DNA from: Candidatus Dormiibacterota bacterium
GTDB taxonomy: Bacteria > Chloroflexota > Dormibacteria > CF-121
Direction of reading: 5' to 3'
Length of the DNA stretch: 64,000 nt
NCBI GenBank assembly: GCA_035936995.1
Contig: DASYVR010000053.1
Span: forward strand, 18,018-82,017
The notes under the pieces are model-generated. The model saw only the letters and a list, made by a program, of their open reading frames with translations, had not been told where the DNA came from and ran no database searches. Both the position numbers and the translations under genes were made by a program. This document shows positions 55,078 to 63,657 of this stretch, piece by piece (position 1 is the first letter of the stretch; each line of letters opens with the position of its first letter).

Positions 55078-55859
55078 GCAGTACGAGCAGCAGCGTCGAG
55101 ACCACCGGCAAGACCGTCGACGAAGCCGTCGAGCAGGCGCTCGAAGACCTCGACGAGGCCCGCGAAAACGTCGACGTCGAGGTCCTCGACGAGTCCCCGC
55201 AGGGGGCCCGGGTCCGCGTCACCTTGCGAGAGACGTATGCAATCAAGGCCCGGCAGGTGGTGGCCGAGCTCCTCTACAAGATGGACATCAGCGCCCGGGT
55301 CACCATCAAGAAGGCCGACGACCCGGTGATGATCGATGTCGCCGGCGACAACCTGGGCCTTCTGATCGGCTGGCGTGGCGAGACGCTCCGGGCCTTCCAA
55401 ACCGTGGTCAACCTGATCCTCAACGAAGGCCGTGCCGACCGCCGCCGCCTTGTGGTCGACGTCGAGCACTATCGCAACCGGCGCGAGGAAACGGTGCGGG
55501 AGATGGCGTTGCGCCTTGCCGACCGCGTCCGGCGGACCGGGGACCGTGTCATGATGGACCCGATGCAATCCTACGAGCGGCGGATCGTGCATATCACGCT
55601 CGAGAAGGAGCCAGGCATCCGGACCGAGAGTTCGGGTGAAGAGCCGAACCGGCGGGTCGCGATCCTACCCGACGGTGTGGCTGCCAGCCGGCGGCCGGCG
55701 GAACGCCCGGTGCCAGCCCCGTCGCCGCCGCTGACCCGCCCGGGCACCGGCTACGGGGACCGTCCGAGTTACGGCGACCGGCCCCGATTCGGGGAGCGGC
55801 CGCGCTTTGGCGAGCGGCGCCCGGGTTACCGCGAAGGCGAGGGCGGCGGGGACGCCTGA
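55074..55859 (+). CDS. jag: Jag/KhpB-like RNA-binding protein (Jag_N, KH, R3H) with an Arg/Gly-rich repeat tail
   Basis: 261 aa. GKTVDEAVEQALEDL, KH-like LLIGWRGETLRAFQ, R3H PMQSYERRIVHITL. Tail has [YF]G[DE]RP[SR] x4. ATGA overlap with yidC. Confidence 0.9.
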   Translation: MSSTSSSVETTGKTVDEAVEQALEDLDEARENVDVEVLDESPQGARVRVTLRETYAIKARQVVAELLYKMDISARVTIKKADDPVMIDVAGDNLGLLIGWRGETLRAFQTVVNLILNEGRADRRRLVVDVEHYRNRREETVREMALRLADRVRRTGDRVMMDPMQSYERRIVHITLEKEPGIRTESSGEEPNRRVAILPDGVAASRRPAERPVPAPSPPLTRPGTGYGDRPSYGDRPRFGERPRFGERRPGYREGEGGGDA

Positions 55860-56119
55860 GGCCCTTTAAGAAAATCGGCACGAACCCCGTATAGCGCGCC
55901 AGCGACCGCCTCCGCCGATAGGCCATCGTCGAGCGCATCCTGGGCGTGGCGGACGCCGTCTCTAAGAGCTGGGGAGGGCGCACCCGAGGCGAGGCGCTTG
56001 AGTTCGCGGGCGACCTCCTGGGGCAGGCCCGCCCCCGCGTCCGAGTCCGCGTAACTCCAGGCCTCGACGCGGCTGATCAACCGCTCCAGGCGGTCGCCGA
56101 ATTCAGGATTGGCCTTCAT
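55826..56119 (-). CDS. hypothetical small protein
   Basis: 97 aa with good GC3 bias. Leaderless-type TAACCT-N6-ATG start. Its 3' end overlaps the jag 3' end by 34 nt (convergent). No family recognised. Confidence 0.45.
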   Translation of the reverse strand: MKANPEFGDRLERLISRVEAWSYADSDAGAGLPQEVARELKRLASGAPSPALRDGVRHAQDALDDGLSAEAVAGALYGVRADFLKGPQASPPPSPSR

Positions 56120-56125
56120 GTATAC

Positions 56126-56131
56126 AGGTTA
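56126..56131 (-). promoter_or_regulatory. -10-like TAACCT, leaderless start candidate
   Basis: Minus-strand TAACCT ends 6 nt before ATG 56119. Confidence 0.3.
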
Positions 56132-56203
56132 CTTGACATCATGTCGCTCATGCTTCGATCCGACCCGCTCTTGAAATTCGGAGATCGGCAAGCACCCCTA
56201 CGA

Positions 56204-56209
56204 TATACT
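56204..56209 (+). promoter_or_regulatory. -10-like TATACT, leaderless start candidate
   Basis: TATACT ends 6 nt before GTG 56216, which gives a typical M16 N-terminus (PLSSSPYRLSTLPTGARVV). Confidence 0.4.
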
Positions 56210-56215
56210 CAGGTG

Positions 56216-57496
56216 GTGCCCCTGTCTTCGTCCCCCTACCGTCTTTCCACCTTGCCAACCGGGGCCCGGGTGGTGTCGACCGAGCTGGCGGACCGCCCCT
56301 CGACCACCATGGCGATCATGTTCAAGGTCGGCTCGCGCTACGAGTCGGACCGGGAAGCGGGCATCAGCCATTTCCTCGAACATATGTTCTTCAAAGGCTC
56401 GGCGCGCTACGGCGGTGCCAAGGAAATCGCCGAGGCGATCGAGGGCGTCGGCGGGGTGTTGAATGCCGGGACCGACAAGGAGCTGACGATGTACTGGGCC
56501 CGCGTGCCCAAGAACAAGGCGAAGCTCGCGATCGACGTCCTCGGCGACATGCTGTTCCAGCCACTGCTCGACCCGGCGGAGCTGGAGAAAGAGCGGCTGG
56601 TCGTCCTGGAGGAGCTGCGGATGTATCAGGACTCACCGCAGGAATACGTCCACAGTCTCTTCGAGCAGATCAGCTGGCCGAATCATCCACTCGGCCGCGA
56701 CGTTGGCGGGACCGAGGCGTCGGTGCGGGCGCTAACTCGTGATGACCTGCTGCGCTACCTCGACGAGCATTATCTGCTGCGCAACCTCGTGGTCACGATC
56801 GCGGGCCCGGTGACGCATGAGGAGGCGATCGGGCTGATCGAGCCCTATCTGAAGCCCCGGGGCAACGGTGCGGCGCCGCCATCATTCTTGCCTTCGGTGG
56901 GGAATGGACTCAAGCCCCGCGTCTTGCTCAAGTCGAAGAAGACCGAGCAGGCGCACGTGACCCTCGGCGTGCGCGCGCCCTCCTACATGGACCGTGACCG
57001 CCACGCGATCGACATCCTCAACTGTGTGCTTGGCGAGGGGATGAGCTCGCGCCTGTTCCTCGAGGTGCGCGAGAAGCTCGGGCTCGCCTACGACGTCCAC
57101 TCCTATGTCAACAAGATGTACGACACCGGCGTGCTCGGTGTGTACGCGGGGACCGAGCCGCGGCAGGCAGCGCGTGCCGTCGGCGCCATCGTCGGCCAGC
57201 TCCGCCGGCTCTGCGAGGAGCCGGTCAACCGGGCGGAGCTCACGAAAGCGAAGGAGTTCTACAAGGGCCGCCTGCTGCTGCAGATGGAAAGCACCAACTC
57301 GGTGGCCACCTGGTATGGCGGCCAGGAGGCGCTGACCGGGCGGATCGAGGATGTCGACGAGACGGTCGCGGCGATCGACGCCGTCACCGCCGACGACCTG
57401 ACACGCATCGCGAAAGACCTCTTCGGCCAGGCGTTGCAGCTGGCGGTGATCGGCCCCTTCCGCAGTGAGGCGCCCTTCCTGAAACAAATCGCCTGA
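56216..57496 (+). CDS. M16-family (pitrilysin/insulinase-like) zinc peptidase
   Basis: HxxEH motif HFLEHMFFKG, ...ELRMYQDSP, two M16 halves. Start GTG 56216 preferred; ATG 56141 is possible. The track start 55946 is an antisense-overlapping extension. Confidence 0.9.
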   Translation: MPLSSSPYRLSTLPTGARVVSTELADRPSTTMAIMFKVGSRYESDREAGISHFLEHMFFKGSARYGGAKEIAEAIEGVGGVLNAGTDKELTMYWARVPKNKAKLAIDVLGDMLFQPLLDPAELEKERLVVLEELRMYQDSPQEYVHSLFEQISWPNHPLGRDVGGTEASVRALTRDDLLRYLDEHYLLRNLVVTIAGPVTHEEAIGLIEPYLKPRGNGAAPPSFLPSVGNGLKPRVLLKSKKTEQAHVTLGVRAPSYMDRDRHAIDILNCVLGEGMSSRLFLEVREKLGLAYDVHSYVNKMYDTGVLGVYAGTEPRQAARAVGAIVGQLRRLCEEPVNRAELTKAKEFYKGRLLLQMESTNSVATWYGGQEALTGRIEDVDETVAAIDAVTADDLTRIAKDLFGQALQLAVIGPFRSEAPFLKQIA

Positions 57497-57528
57497 CGCG
57501 GTCCGGGCGAACCCGGCGGACGGGACGG

Positions 57529-57534
57529 TAGAAT
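57529..57534 (+). promoter_or_regulatory. -10-like TAGAAT upstream of lepB (leadered)
   Basis: TAGAAT lies 34 nt before ATG 57569. AAAGGA Shine-Dalgarno in between. Confidence 0.35.
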
Positions 57535-57568
57535 GAATCGCCCTCGGATGAAGTTGAACAGCTAAAGG

Positions 57569-58168
57569 ATGGCGCAGCCGCAGATGGCGCAACCGCCGGC
57601 GCCCGCGCAGTCCCCGCGCCAGAAGTCTTTTCTCAGGGACACGCTGGAGATCGTGTTCCTCGCGCTCGTTCTTTACGTCGTCATTCAGTACGCGGTGCAG
57701 ACCGTGCACGTGTTGGGCTCGAGCATGTATGGAACGCTGCACGATAACGATCTGTTGGTCGCGTCAAAGATTTCCTACAAGCTCCATCCGCCGCAGCGCG
57801 GCGACATCATCGTCTTCAAGCCACCCGATGAAGCGAGCCGCGACTTCATCAAGCGGGTGATCGCGCTGCCCGGCGAGCGCCTTCATATAACCAATGGGGT
57901 GGTCTACATCAACGGACAGGTGCTGCACGAGCCCTACCTGCCGGAGAAGTGGACCTACAACAACAACTGGCCGGCGACGGGGCAGGACCAGCTGATGCCG
58001 CCCGCCCAGTACTTCGTGATGGGGGATAACCGCAACCACTCGAGCGACTCGCGGGCGTTTGGTGCAATCGAACTCGGCTCCATTCTCGGGAAGGCCGAAA
58101 TCCGGATCTGGCCGTTGGGCCAGGTGGGCTTCTTTGGCGCCAAGCCGACCCTCGCCGCGAGTCCGTAA
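57569..58168 (+). CDS. lepB: signal peptidase I
   Basis: 199 aa. TM, then GSSMYGTL (catalytic Ser), GDIIVFKPP, IKRVIALPGE (Lys), YFVMGDNRNHSSDSR. Confidence 0.93.
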   Translation: MAQPQMAQPPAPAQSPRQKSFLRDTLEIVFLALVLYVVIQYAVQTVHVLGSSMYGTLHDNDLLVASKISYKLHPPQRGDIIVFKPPDEASRDFIKRVIALPGERLHITNGVVYINGQVLHEPYLPEKWTYNNNWPATGQDQLMPPAQYFVMGDNRNHSSDSRAFGAIELGSILGKAEIRIWPLGQVGFFGAKPTLAASP

Positions 58169-58171
58169 ACA

Positions 58172-58627
58172 ATGGCACCACAGCGGACGCTGGTTCTGGT
58201 CAAGCCCGATGGCGTGCAGCGCGGGCTCGTGGGTGAAATTGTGCGACGGCTGGAGGGTCGCGGCCTCAAACTGATCGCCTTGAAGATGATGCAAATCTCC
58301 AAAGAGGTGGCGGCGCGGCACTACGCCGAGCACCAGGGCAAGCCGTTCTACGACGGGTTGCTTGCGTTCATTTGTTCGGGCCCGGTGGTCGCCATGATCT
58401 GGGAGGGCCGCGAGGCGGTCAGCGTCGTGCGCAGCCTGATCGGCACGACCGATCCACTGAAGGCCGCGCCCGGGACCATTCGCGGGGACCTCGCACTGGA
58501 CCTCGGCATGAACCTGATCCATGGATCCGATTCGCCGGCCCGTGCCGAGACCGAGATCGCCCTATTCTTCAGCGACGGCGAGTTGCACGACTACGATCGC
58601 ACAGTCGACCGCTGGATCCGCGACTAG
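58172..58627 (+). CDS. ndk: nucleoside-diphosphate kinase
   Basis: 151 aa. [19 protein letters not shown]...[21 protein letters not shown]...NLIHGSDS. Confidence 0.97.
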   Translation: MAPQRTLVLVKPDGVQRGLVGEIVRRLEGRGLKLIALKMMQISKEVAARHYAEHQGKPFYDGLLAFICSGPVVAMIWEGREAVSVVRSLIGTTDPLKAAPGTIRGDLALDLGMNLIHGSDSPARAETEIALFFSDGELHDYDRTVDRWIRD

Positions 58628-58643
58628 GGTTACACGTCGAACG

Positions 58644-59528
58644 CTACCGCGTCAGGCGGCGCCTGAGCGCCTCGAATTCCTCGTTGCTGTAGAACTCGAT
58701 CGTCAACCGTCCGCCGTGCTTGAGCCTGGTGAGGATGACTTTCGTGCCCAGCGCCCGGCGAAATTCCTCCTCGAGCGCCTGGGACTCTGGATCGGCCACG
58801 GCCGGCCGCCGCCGCTGCCTGGTGCCCGCCTCGGTGGCGCGTGCTCGCACCCAGTCTTCCGTCTGACGGACGCTCCAGTGCTCGCGGACGACTCGCTCGA
58901 GACCGACCAGTTGCTGGGCCGCTGTTGCCAGGCCGAGCAGGGCGATCCCGTGCCCGGCCGTCATCGCATTGGACTCGATCGCTTTCACGGCCGGCTCGGG
59001 CAACCCCAAGAGCCGCACGCTCTGCGCGATCGTGACGCGATTCTTGCCGATCCGTTCACCCAGCGCCTCCTGGGTCAGCCCGAAGTCGCGAAGCAGCCGC
59101 TGAATCGCGCGCGCTTCCTCGATGGCGTTGAGATCCGTGCGCTGCAGGTTCTCGACGAGCGCCAGCTCGAGACGCTCCTCGAGACGTCCGCCGCTGCCAG
59201 GGTGCACGATAACCGGCACCTCGGCGAGGCCGGCAATCTCGGCGGCGCGCAGCCGGCGCTCGCCGGCGATCAGCTCGTAACCGGCGAGGCCCTCGCGGAC
59301 CAGCAACGGCTGCAGGATGCCGTGCATCCGGATCGAGTCGGCCAGCTCCTGGAGGGCCGTGGGATCGAACATGCGGCGCGGCTGCTCCGGGTTCGGCTTG
59401 ATGTCGGCGATCGGGATCTGAAGAGCGTAGCGTCGCCGAGCACCGCTTTCGGTCCCCAGCTCCTCGACGTACTCACCCGAGGGGATCAGGGCCTCGAGGC
59501 CCCGCCCCAGTCCCCGCCGTTTGTTCAT
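58644..59528 (-). CDS. parB: chromosome partitioning protein ParB/Spo0J
   Basis: 294 aa. RGLGRGLEALIP, ...NPEQPRRMFD, ...LIAGERRLRAAEIAGL, HTH region. Confidence 0.95.
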   Translation of the reverse strand: MNKRRGLGRGLEALIPSGEYVEELGTESGARRRYALQIPIADIKPNPEQPRRMFDPTALQELADSIRMHGILQPLLVREGLAGYELIAGERRLRAAEIAGLAEVPVIVHPGSGGRLEERLELALVENLQRTDLNAIEEARAIQRLLRDFGLTQEALGERIGKNRVTIAQSVRLLGLPEPAVKAIESNAMTAGHGIALLGLATAAQQLVGLERVVREHWSVRQTEDWVRARATEAGTRQRRRPAVADPESQALEEEFRRALGTKVILTRLKHGGRLTIEFYSNEEFEALRRRLTR

Positions 59529-60283
59529 CTGGCGATCAACTCCTTCGTGAGTTCCTGGTAGGCGACGCCACCGCGCGACGTCGGGTCGTATTGGGTGATC
59601 GGCATACCGTGACTGGGCGCCTCGCTGAGGCGCACATTACGCGGGATCACGGTGCGGAAGGTCTTTTCCGGATATTGGGCCCGGACCTGCTCAGCGACCT
59701 GGATCGCGAGCGTGGTCCGTGGATCGAACAGCGTCAGCACGATGCCGCCGATCTTCAGTCGCGGGTTGAGCTCGCGCTGGATCAGCTGTGTCGTATGGGT
59801 GAGCGCGCCAAGGCCTTCGAGCGCGTAGTACTCACATTGGATCGGGATCAGCATGTACTCCGCGGCAACCAGGCAGTTCACGGTGAGCAAGCCCAGCGAC
59901 GGCGGGCAGTCGATGATGATGTAGTCGTAGCTGACGCGCAGCGCCTCGAGCGCATATAAGAGACGCCGTTCGCGGCGTGGCAGGTTGGTGAGCTCGATCT
60001 CGGCACCGGCGAGCGATCGGTGCGAGGGAAGGATGTCGAGGCCGGGCACCGCGGTCGGGCGGATGACCTCATTGATGTCGTGGGCGTCGACGATGACGTC
60101 ATAAATGCTACGGCTGAGCTCGCTTCGTACGATCCCGAGCCCGCTGGTGGTGTTGCCCTGGGGATCCATGTCGACGATGAGGCCGCTCAAGCCGAGCTCT
60201 GGAAGGTTGGCCGCCACGTTGATGGCGGTGGTGGTCTTTCCGACACCGCCCTTCTGGTTGACGACTGCGTAGACTCTTGGCAA
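59525..60283 (-). CDS. parA: chromosome partitioning ATPase ParA/Soj
   Basis: 252 aa, TTG start. Deviant Walker A VVNQKGGVGKTTTAINVA, ...YIIIDCPPSLG. 4-nt overlap with parB. Confidence 0.95.
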   Translation of the reverse strand: MPRVYAVVNQKGGVGKTTTAINVAANLPELGLSGLIVDMDPQGNTTSGLGIVRSELSRSIYDVIVDAHDINEVIRPTAVPGLDILPSHRSLAGAEIELTNLPRRERRLLYALEALRVSYDYIIIDCPPSLGLLTVNCLVAAEYMLIPIQCEYYALEGLGALTHTTQLIQRELNPRLKIGGIVLTLFDPRTTLAIQVAEQVRAQYPEKTFRTVIPRNVRLSEAPSHGMPITQYDPTSRGGVAYQELTKELIAR

Positions 60284-60317
60284 TTTGCTGGCTGGGACGT
60301 GGACGGATGCTGCCCGG

Positions 60318-60323
60318 ATTATA
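60318..60323 (-). promoter_or_regulatory. perfect TATAAT -10 hexamer upstream of parA
   Basis: Minus-strand TATAAT lies 34 nt upstream of the parA TTG. A perfect TTGACA (60349-54) sits 25 nt further upstream, too far to act as a single sigma-70 promoter with it. Confidence 0.4.
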
Positions 60324-60366
60324 CGGTCCGCGGTCGCGAACGCACGTTTGTCAAAGGGCGAGCGCT

Positions 60367-60375
60367 TGTGGATAA
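60367..60375. promoter_or_regulatory. perfect consensus DnaA box (TGTGGATAA = TTATCCACA)
   Basis: Exact 9-mer in the parA upstream region, just beyond the TTGACA hexamer. Confidence 0.5.
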
Positions 60376-60397
60376 GTGTCGGAGAAACGCGGAAGCG

Positions 60398-61318
60398 CTA
60401 TTTCGCCATGAGCGAGAGGAAGCCCACCGCGATGTCATAGCCGGCGTGCGTCACCATGCAGGGAAGGGTGCCGCCGCGCGTACGCAGCCATCCCAGGCCA
60501 AGGCCGAGCGTAAAGACCTCGAGCGTCGCGAAGCTGACCGCGTATTGCGTGTGCAGCGCCGCGAACAGGATGGCGGTGACGACGATGCCCAGCCGCGGCA
60601 GCAACGCGCCCCGGAAAAGGGTTTCCTCGACGACAGCGGCCAGCACGCCGAGGAAGACGATCGCCGCCGGGTTATTGAAATGACTGAAGAGGACGGTTGT
60701 GACGTTGGTGACCTGCTTCTGCTGACTCGGCGCGACCGCGTTGGCGAGCGCCTCAATCGAAAACGCAACGGCCAGGAAGAGGCCGATGCCGAGGATCGCC
60801 ACCAGCCACCATCGCTTCTGACGCGGCGGCAGGAGCCCGAGCCGTTCGATCGCTTCCCGTGGGGTGCGGCGCACGAAGAGCCCGACCCCGACGAAAGAAA
60901 GAATGAGCAAGGGGATGTCCTGGGACAGCAGGTCGGCGATCGTCAGCGGCTGGCCGGACTGCACCTGGGCGCCGACCTGCTGCGCGACCAACAGCAGGCC
61001 GAGCACGACGGTTAGGTAGACGACTGGCGATCCGGGCCGGACCGGGATGATGCGGGCCACGGCCCGCTGCACCGGTGACCACAGGTAGACGAGGCCAAGC
61101 AGGCCCGCCACCGCAAGCGGAATCCCGAGCCCCTCGACGGTCCGCAACTGGTCGGGCCGGAGAACGCCGCTCGAGGATTCAAACAGCGCAACACCGACAA
61201 CGAGCGCGCTGCCGACGAGGGCGATCCCGCCAAGGATGCCACCCGCGACCAGGGCCACGACCCGCGCGGTGCGATCGCGCTCGCCGAGATTGGCGACGGC
61301 ATAGAGACCGATCAGCAC
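60398..61318 (-). CDS. CPBP-family intramembrane glutamic endopeptidase (CAAX protease-like)
   Basis: 306 aa. VVEETLFRGALLPRLG, ...FAALH, ...MVTHAGYD motifs. The frame is open upstream of GTG 61318 and would complete a TM helix (DLTTIAILT-VLIGLY) but has no canonical start there. Confidence 0.85.
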   Translation of the reverse strand: MLIGLYAVANLGERDRTARVVALVAGGILGGIALVGSALVVGVALFESSSGVLRPDQLRTVEGLGIPLAVAGLLGLVYLWSPVQRAVARIIPVRPGSPVVYLTVVLGLLLVAQQVGAQVQSGQPLTIADLLSQDIPLLILSFVGVGLFVRRTPREAIERLGLLPPRQKRWWLVAILGIGLFLAVAFSIEALANAVAPSQQKQVTNVTTVLFSHFNNPAAIVFLGVLAAVVEETLFRGALLPRLGIVVTAILFAALHTQYAVSFATLEVFTLGLGLGWLRTRGGTLPCMVTHAGYDIAVGFLSLMAK

Positions 61319-61377
61319 GGTGAGGATCGCAATCGTGGTCAGATCGACCGCGCTGCTGCCGAAGACGGTGACGCGAG

Positions 61378-62175
61378 TCAGTTCTTTGCCGGAGTCTTCG
61401 GCGTGCTCTTGTTTGTCTCGCGCAGCTCGATGAGCTGCTGGACGAGGTCGATCGGCACCGGGAAGACGATGACGGTGTTCCGTTCGACCCCGATCTCGGT
61501 CAGGGTCTGCAAATAGCGCAGTTGAAGCGCACTGGGTTGGGTCGCGATGACGGTGGCGGCATCGGTCAGCTTCTGGGCCGCCTCGAACTCGCCCTCCGCA
61601 TGGATGATCTTGGCTCGCTTCTCTCGTTCGGCCTCGGCCTGCTTGGCCATCGCCCGCTGCATCGTGGAGGGGAGCTCCACGTCCTTGATCTCGACCGTCG
61701 ACACTTTGATGCCCCAGGGCTCCGTTTGCTCATCGATGATCTGCTGAAGCCTCGTGTTGATCTTCTCTCGGTTGGCCAGGAGCTCATCCAGCGACGACTG
61801 GCCGAGCACGCTCCGTAGTGTTGTCTGCGCGATTTGTGAAGTTGCGTTGATGAAGTTGGCGACTTTGTTGACCGCATGGTTGGGGTCGACCACCAGGAAA
61901 TAGATGACGGCGTTCACCTTGATGGTCACGTTGTCGTGGGTGATGACCTCCTGTGGTGGCACCTCCAGGGTGACGGTGCGCAGGTCGATCTTCACCAGCC
62001 GGTCGATGCCGAACGGGATGATCAGGCGCAGCCCGGGACCCTTGAGCTCCATCAGCCGGCCCAGCCGGAACAGAACGCCGCGTTCGTACTCGTTGATGAT
62101 CCGCACCGCCGAACTCAAGCCGATCAGGACGACCAGAACGATGATGCCAAGGACGATCAGCGCGAATATGCCCAC
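61378..62175 (-). CDS. SPFH/Band-7 (stomatin-like) protein
   Basis: 265 aa. TM plus [18 protein letters not shown]...[21 protein letters not shown]...[27 protein letters not shown] Shine-Dalgarno. Confidence 0.93.
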   Translation of the reverse strand: MGIFALIVLGIIVLVVLIGLSSAVRIINEYERGVLFRLGRLMELKGPGLRLIIPFGIDRLVKIDLRTVTLEVPPQEVITHDNVTIKVNAVIYFLVVDPNHAVNKVANFINATSQIAQTTLRSVLGQSSLDELLANREKINTRLQQIIDEQTEPWGIKVSTVEIKDVELPSTMQRAMAKQAEAEREKRAKIIHAEGEFEAAQKLTDAATVIATQPSALQLRYLQTLTEIGVERNTVIVFPVPIDLVQQLIELRETNKSTPKTPAKN

Positions 62176-62221
62176 GGATCCCTCCTCACGAAGTCAGTAG
62201 TCCCATGTTACGGCCGCTGAG

Positions 62222-63607
62222 CTACGAGGACGCCGCCTGCGGCCCCGGGATATTGGTCGGCTCCTCGCGGCTCAGCGCTTCGACCTCGAGTCGGAGGCCC
62301 TCAACCGCGATCACGCGGACCTTCGTCCCCGCCGGGATCGTTCCGGAGCGGGAGCTTGCTCGCCACAGCGCGCCCTGCACGAACACCATGCCGGTCGGGT
62401 CTAGCGGCTCCCGGACGCTCCCGATGCTGCCTACCATCGACTCCTCGCCGGCCGCATAAGGACGCCGCCGGGCGACGATTACTTTTTGCAGGATGAAAAG
62501 GAAGATCCCGGCGATAACGAGCACCGTAATCAGCAATAGCGCGATGTTGATGCCCTCTGAGAGAAAGCCGGTGTCGATCAGGAGCAAGCCCCCGAGTGTC
62601 ATCGCGATGATGCCGCCGGTCGTCAATACGCCGTGCGTCACCGCTTTCAGGTCGATGATGAAGAGGAGGAAGGCGAGCAGGATGAGGAGCACGCCGGCGA
62701 TGTTGATCGGGAGGTTGAAGAGCGAGAGCGCCGCCAGCAGGCCCGCGATCACGCCCACCACGCCCGGCAGGACCAGACCCGGGTGCGTCACCCAGAAGGC
62801 GATCCCGATGATCGCGAGCAGGAAGAGCAGGTAGACCAGGTTGGGGTCGGCGATGGCCTGTAGTAGCTGATCGAAGCCGCTCAAGTCGTAGCGCTCGATC
62901 CCGGCATGCGCCGTCTGGAGGGTGTAGGTGTGACCGCCCTTGATGACCTGCCGGCCGTCGAGGTCAGCGAGCAAGGTGTCGAGGTCGCGGCTTTCGAAGT
63001 CGACTACGCCCAGCTTGACGGCATCGTCGGCGGGAGCGTTGATGCTCTGGCGGACCGCCTTCTCGACCCAGTCGGCGTTGTGGTGGTGCAGCGTCGCCAG
63101 AGCTCGGGCGTAAGCCGCGGCATCGTTCTCGATCTTGATGCTTTCGATGTCAGGTGCCGCTGTGGCGGCGGTACCCGGACTCCCGCTGGGGTTCGGGGCG
63201 GGGTTCGAGCCGCCGATGCTGACCGGGTGGGCAGACCCGATATTCGTTCCTGGCGCCATCACCGCGATGTCGGCTGCCTCGGTGATGTACATCCCGGCCG
63301 ATGCGGCCCGGGCGCCCGACGGCGAGACGAAGATCACGACCGGGACCCGGGCGCCCAACATCTTCTTGATGATGTCGCGCATCGACGTGTCGAGGCCACC
63401 GGGGGTATCCATCTGGATGATCAGGGCATTTGACCCGTCGGCAACCGCCTTGTCCACGGCGTTGGAGATGTAATTGTCGGTGATCGGGTTGATGACCCCG
63501 TTCAGGGTTGCCAGCAGGACGTGCGGCTCGGCGGCGCGGGCTGGGACAGCTGGCACGAAAGCGGCCAGCATGACGGCCGCGAGAAAGAGCCGACCGGCCC
63601 TCTTCAC
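62222..63607 (-). CDS. NfeD-family membrane-bound ClpP-class serine protease
   Basis: ClpP-like N-domain (IQMDTPGGLDTSMRDI...FVSPSGARAASAGMYI), TM bundle, C-terminal OB (NfeD) domain. Start moved to GTG 63607 (MKRAGRLFLAAVMLAAFVPAVPARA signal; TATGAT-N6-GTG); the track start is 63631. Confidence 0.9.
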   Translation of the reverse strand: MKRAGRLFLAAVMLAAFVPAVPARAAEPHVLLATLNGVINPITDNYISNAVDKAVADGSNALIIQMDTPGGLDTSMRDIIKKMLGARVPVVIFVSPSGARAASAGMYITEAADIAVMAPGTNIGSAHPVSIGGSNPAPNPSGSPGTAATAAPDIESIKIENDAAAYARALATLHHHNADWVEKAVRQSINAPADDAVKLGVVDFESRDLDTLLADLDGRQVIKGGHTYTLQTAHAGIERYDLSGFDQLLQAIADPNLVYLLFLLAIIGIAFWVTHPGLVLPGVVGVIAGLLAALSLFNLPINIAGVLLILLAFLLFIIDLKAVTHGVLTTGGIIAMTLGGLLLIDTGFLSEGINIALLLITVLVIAGIFLFILQKVIVARRRPYAAGEESMVGSIGSVREPLDPTGMVFVQGALWRASSRSGTIPAGTKVRVIAVEGLRLEVEALSREEPTNIPGPQAASS

Positions 63608-63613
63608 GACCTG

Positions 63614-63619
63614 ATCATA
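63614..63619 (-). promoter_or_regulatory. -10-like TATGAT, leaderless start candidate
   Basis: Minus-strand TATGAT ends 6 nt before GTG 63607. Confidence 0.4.
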
Positions 63620-63645
63620 GCTCCAGTTCAAAGACCCGTCGTTCG

Positions 63646-63651
63646 TAGAAT
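63646..63651 (+). promoter_or_regulatory. -10-like TAGAAT, leaderless start candidate
   Basis: TAGAAT ends 6 nt before GTG 63658. Confidence 0.4.
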
Positions 63652-63657
63652 GGGAAC

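Noticed and set aside
58629-58644. parS-like sequence GGTTACACGTCGAACG between ndk and parB.
   Set aside because: It has five mismatches to the TGTTTCACGTGAAACA consensus and poor dyad symmetry. I found no convincing parS anywhere in the window by eye.
60318-60354. Perfect TTGACA and perfect TATAAT upstream of parA treated as a single sigma-70 promoter.
   Set aside because: The hexamers are 25 nt apart, far from the 16-18 nt optimum. They are kept only as separate hexamers of uncertain use.
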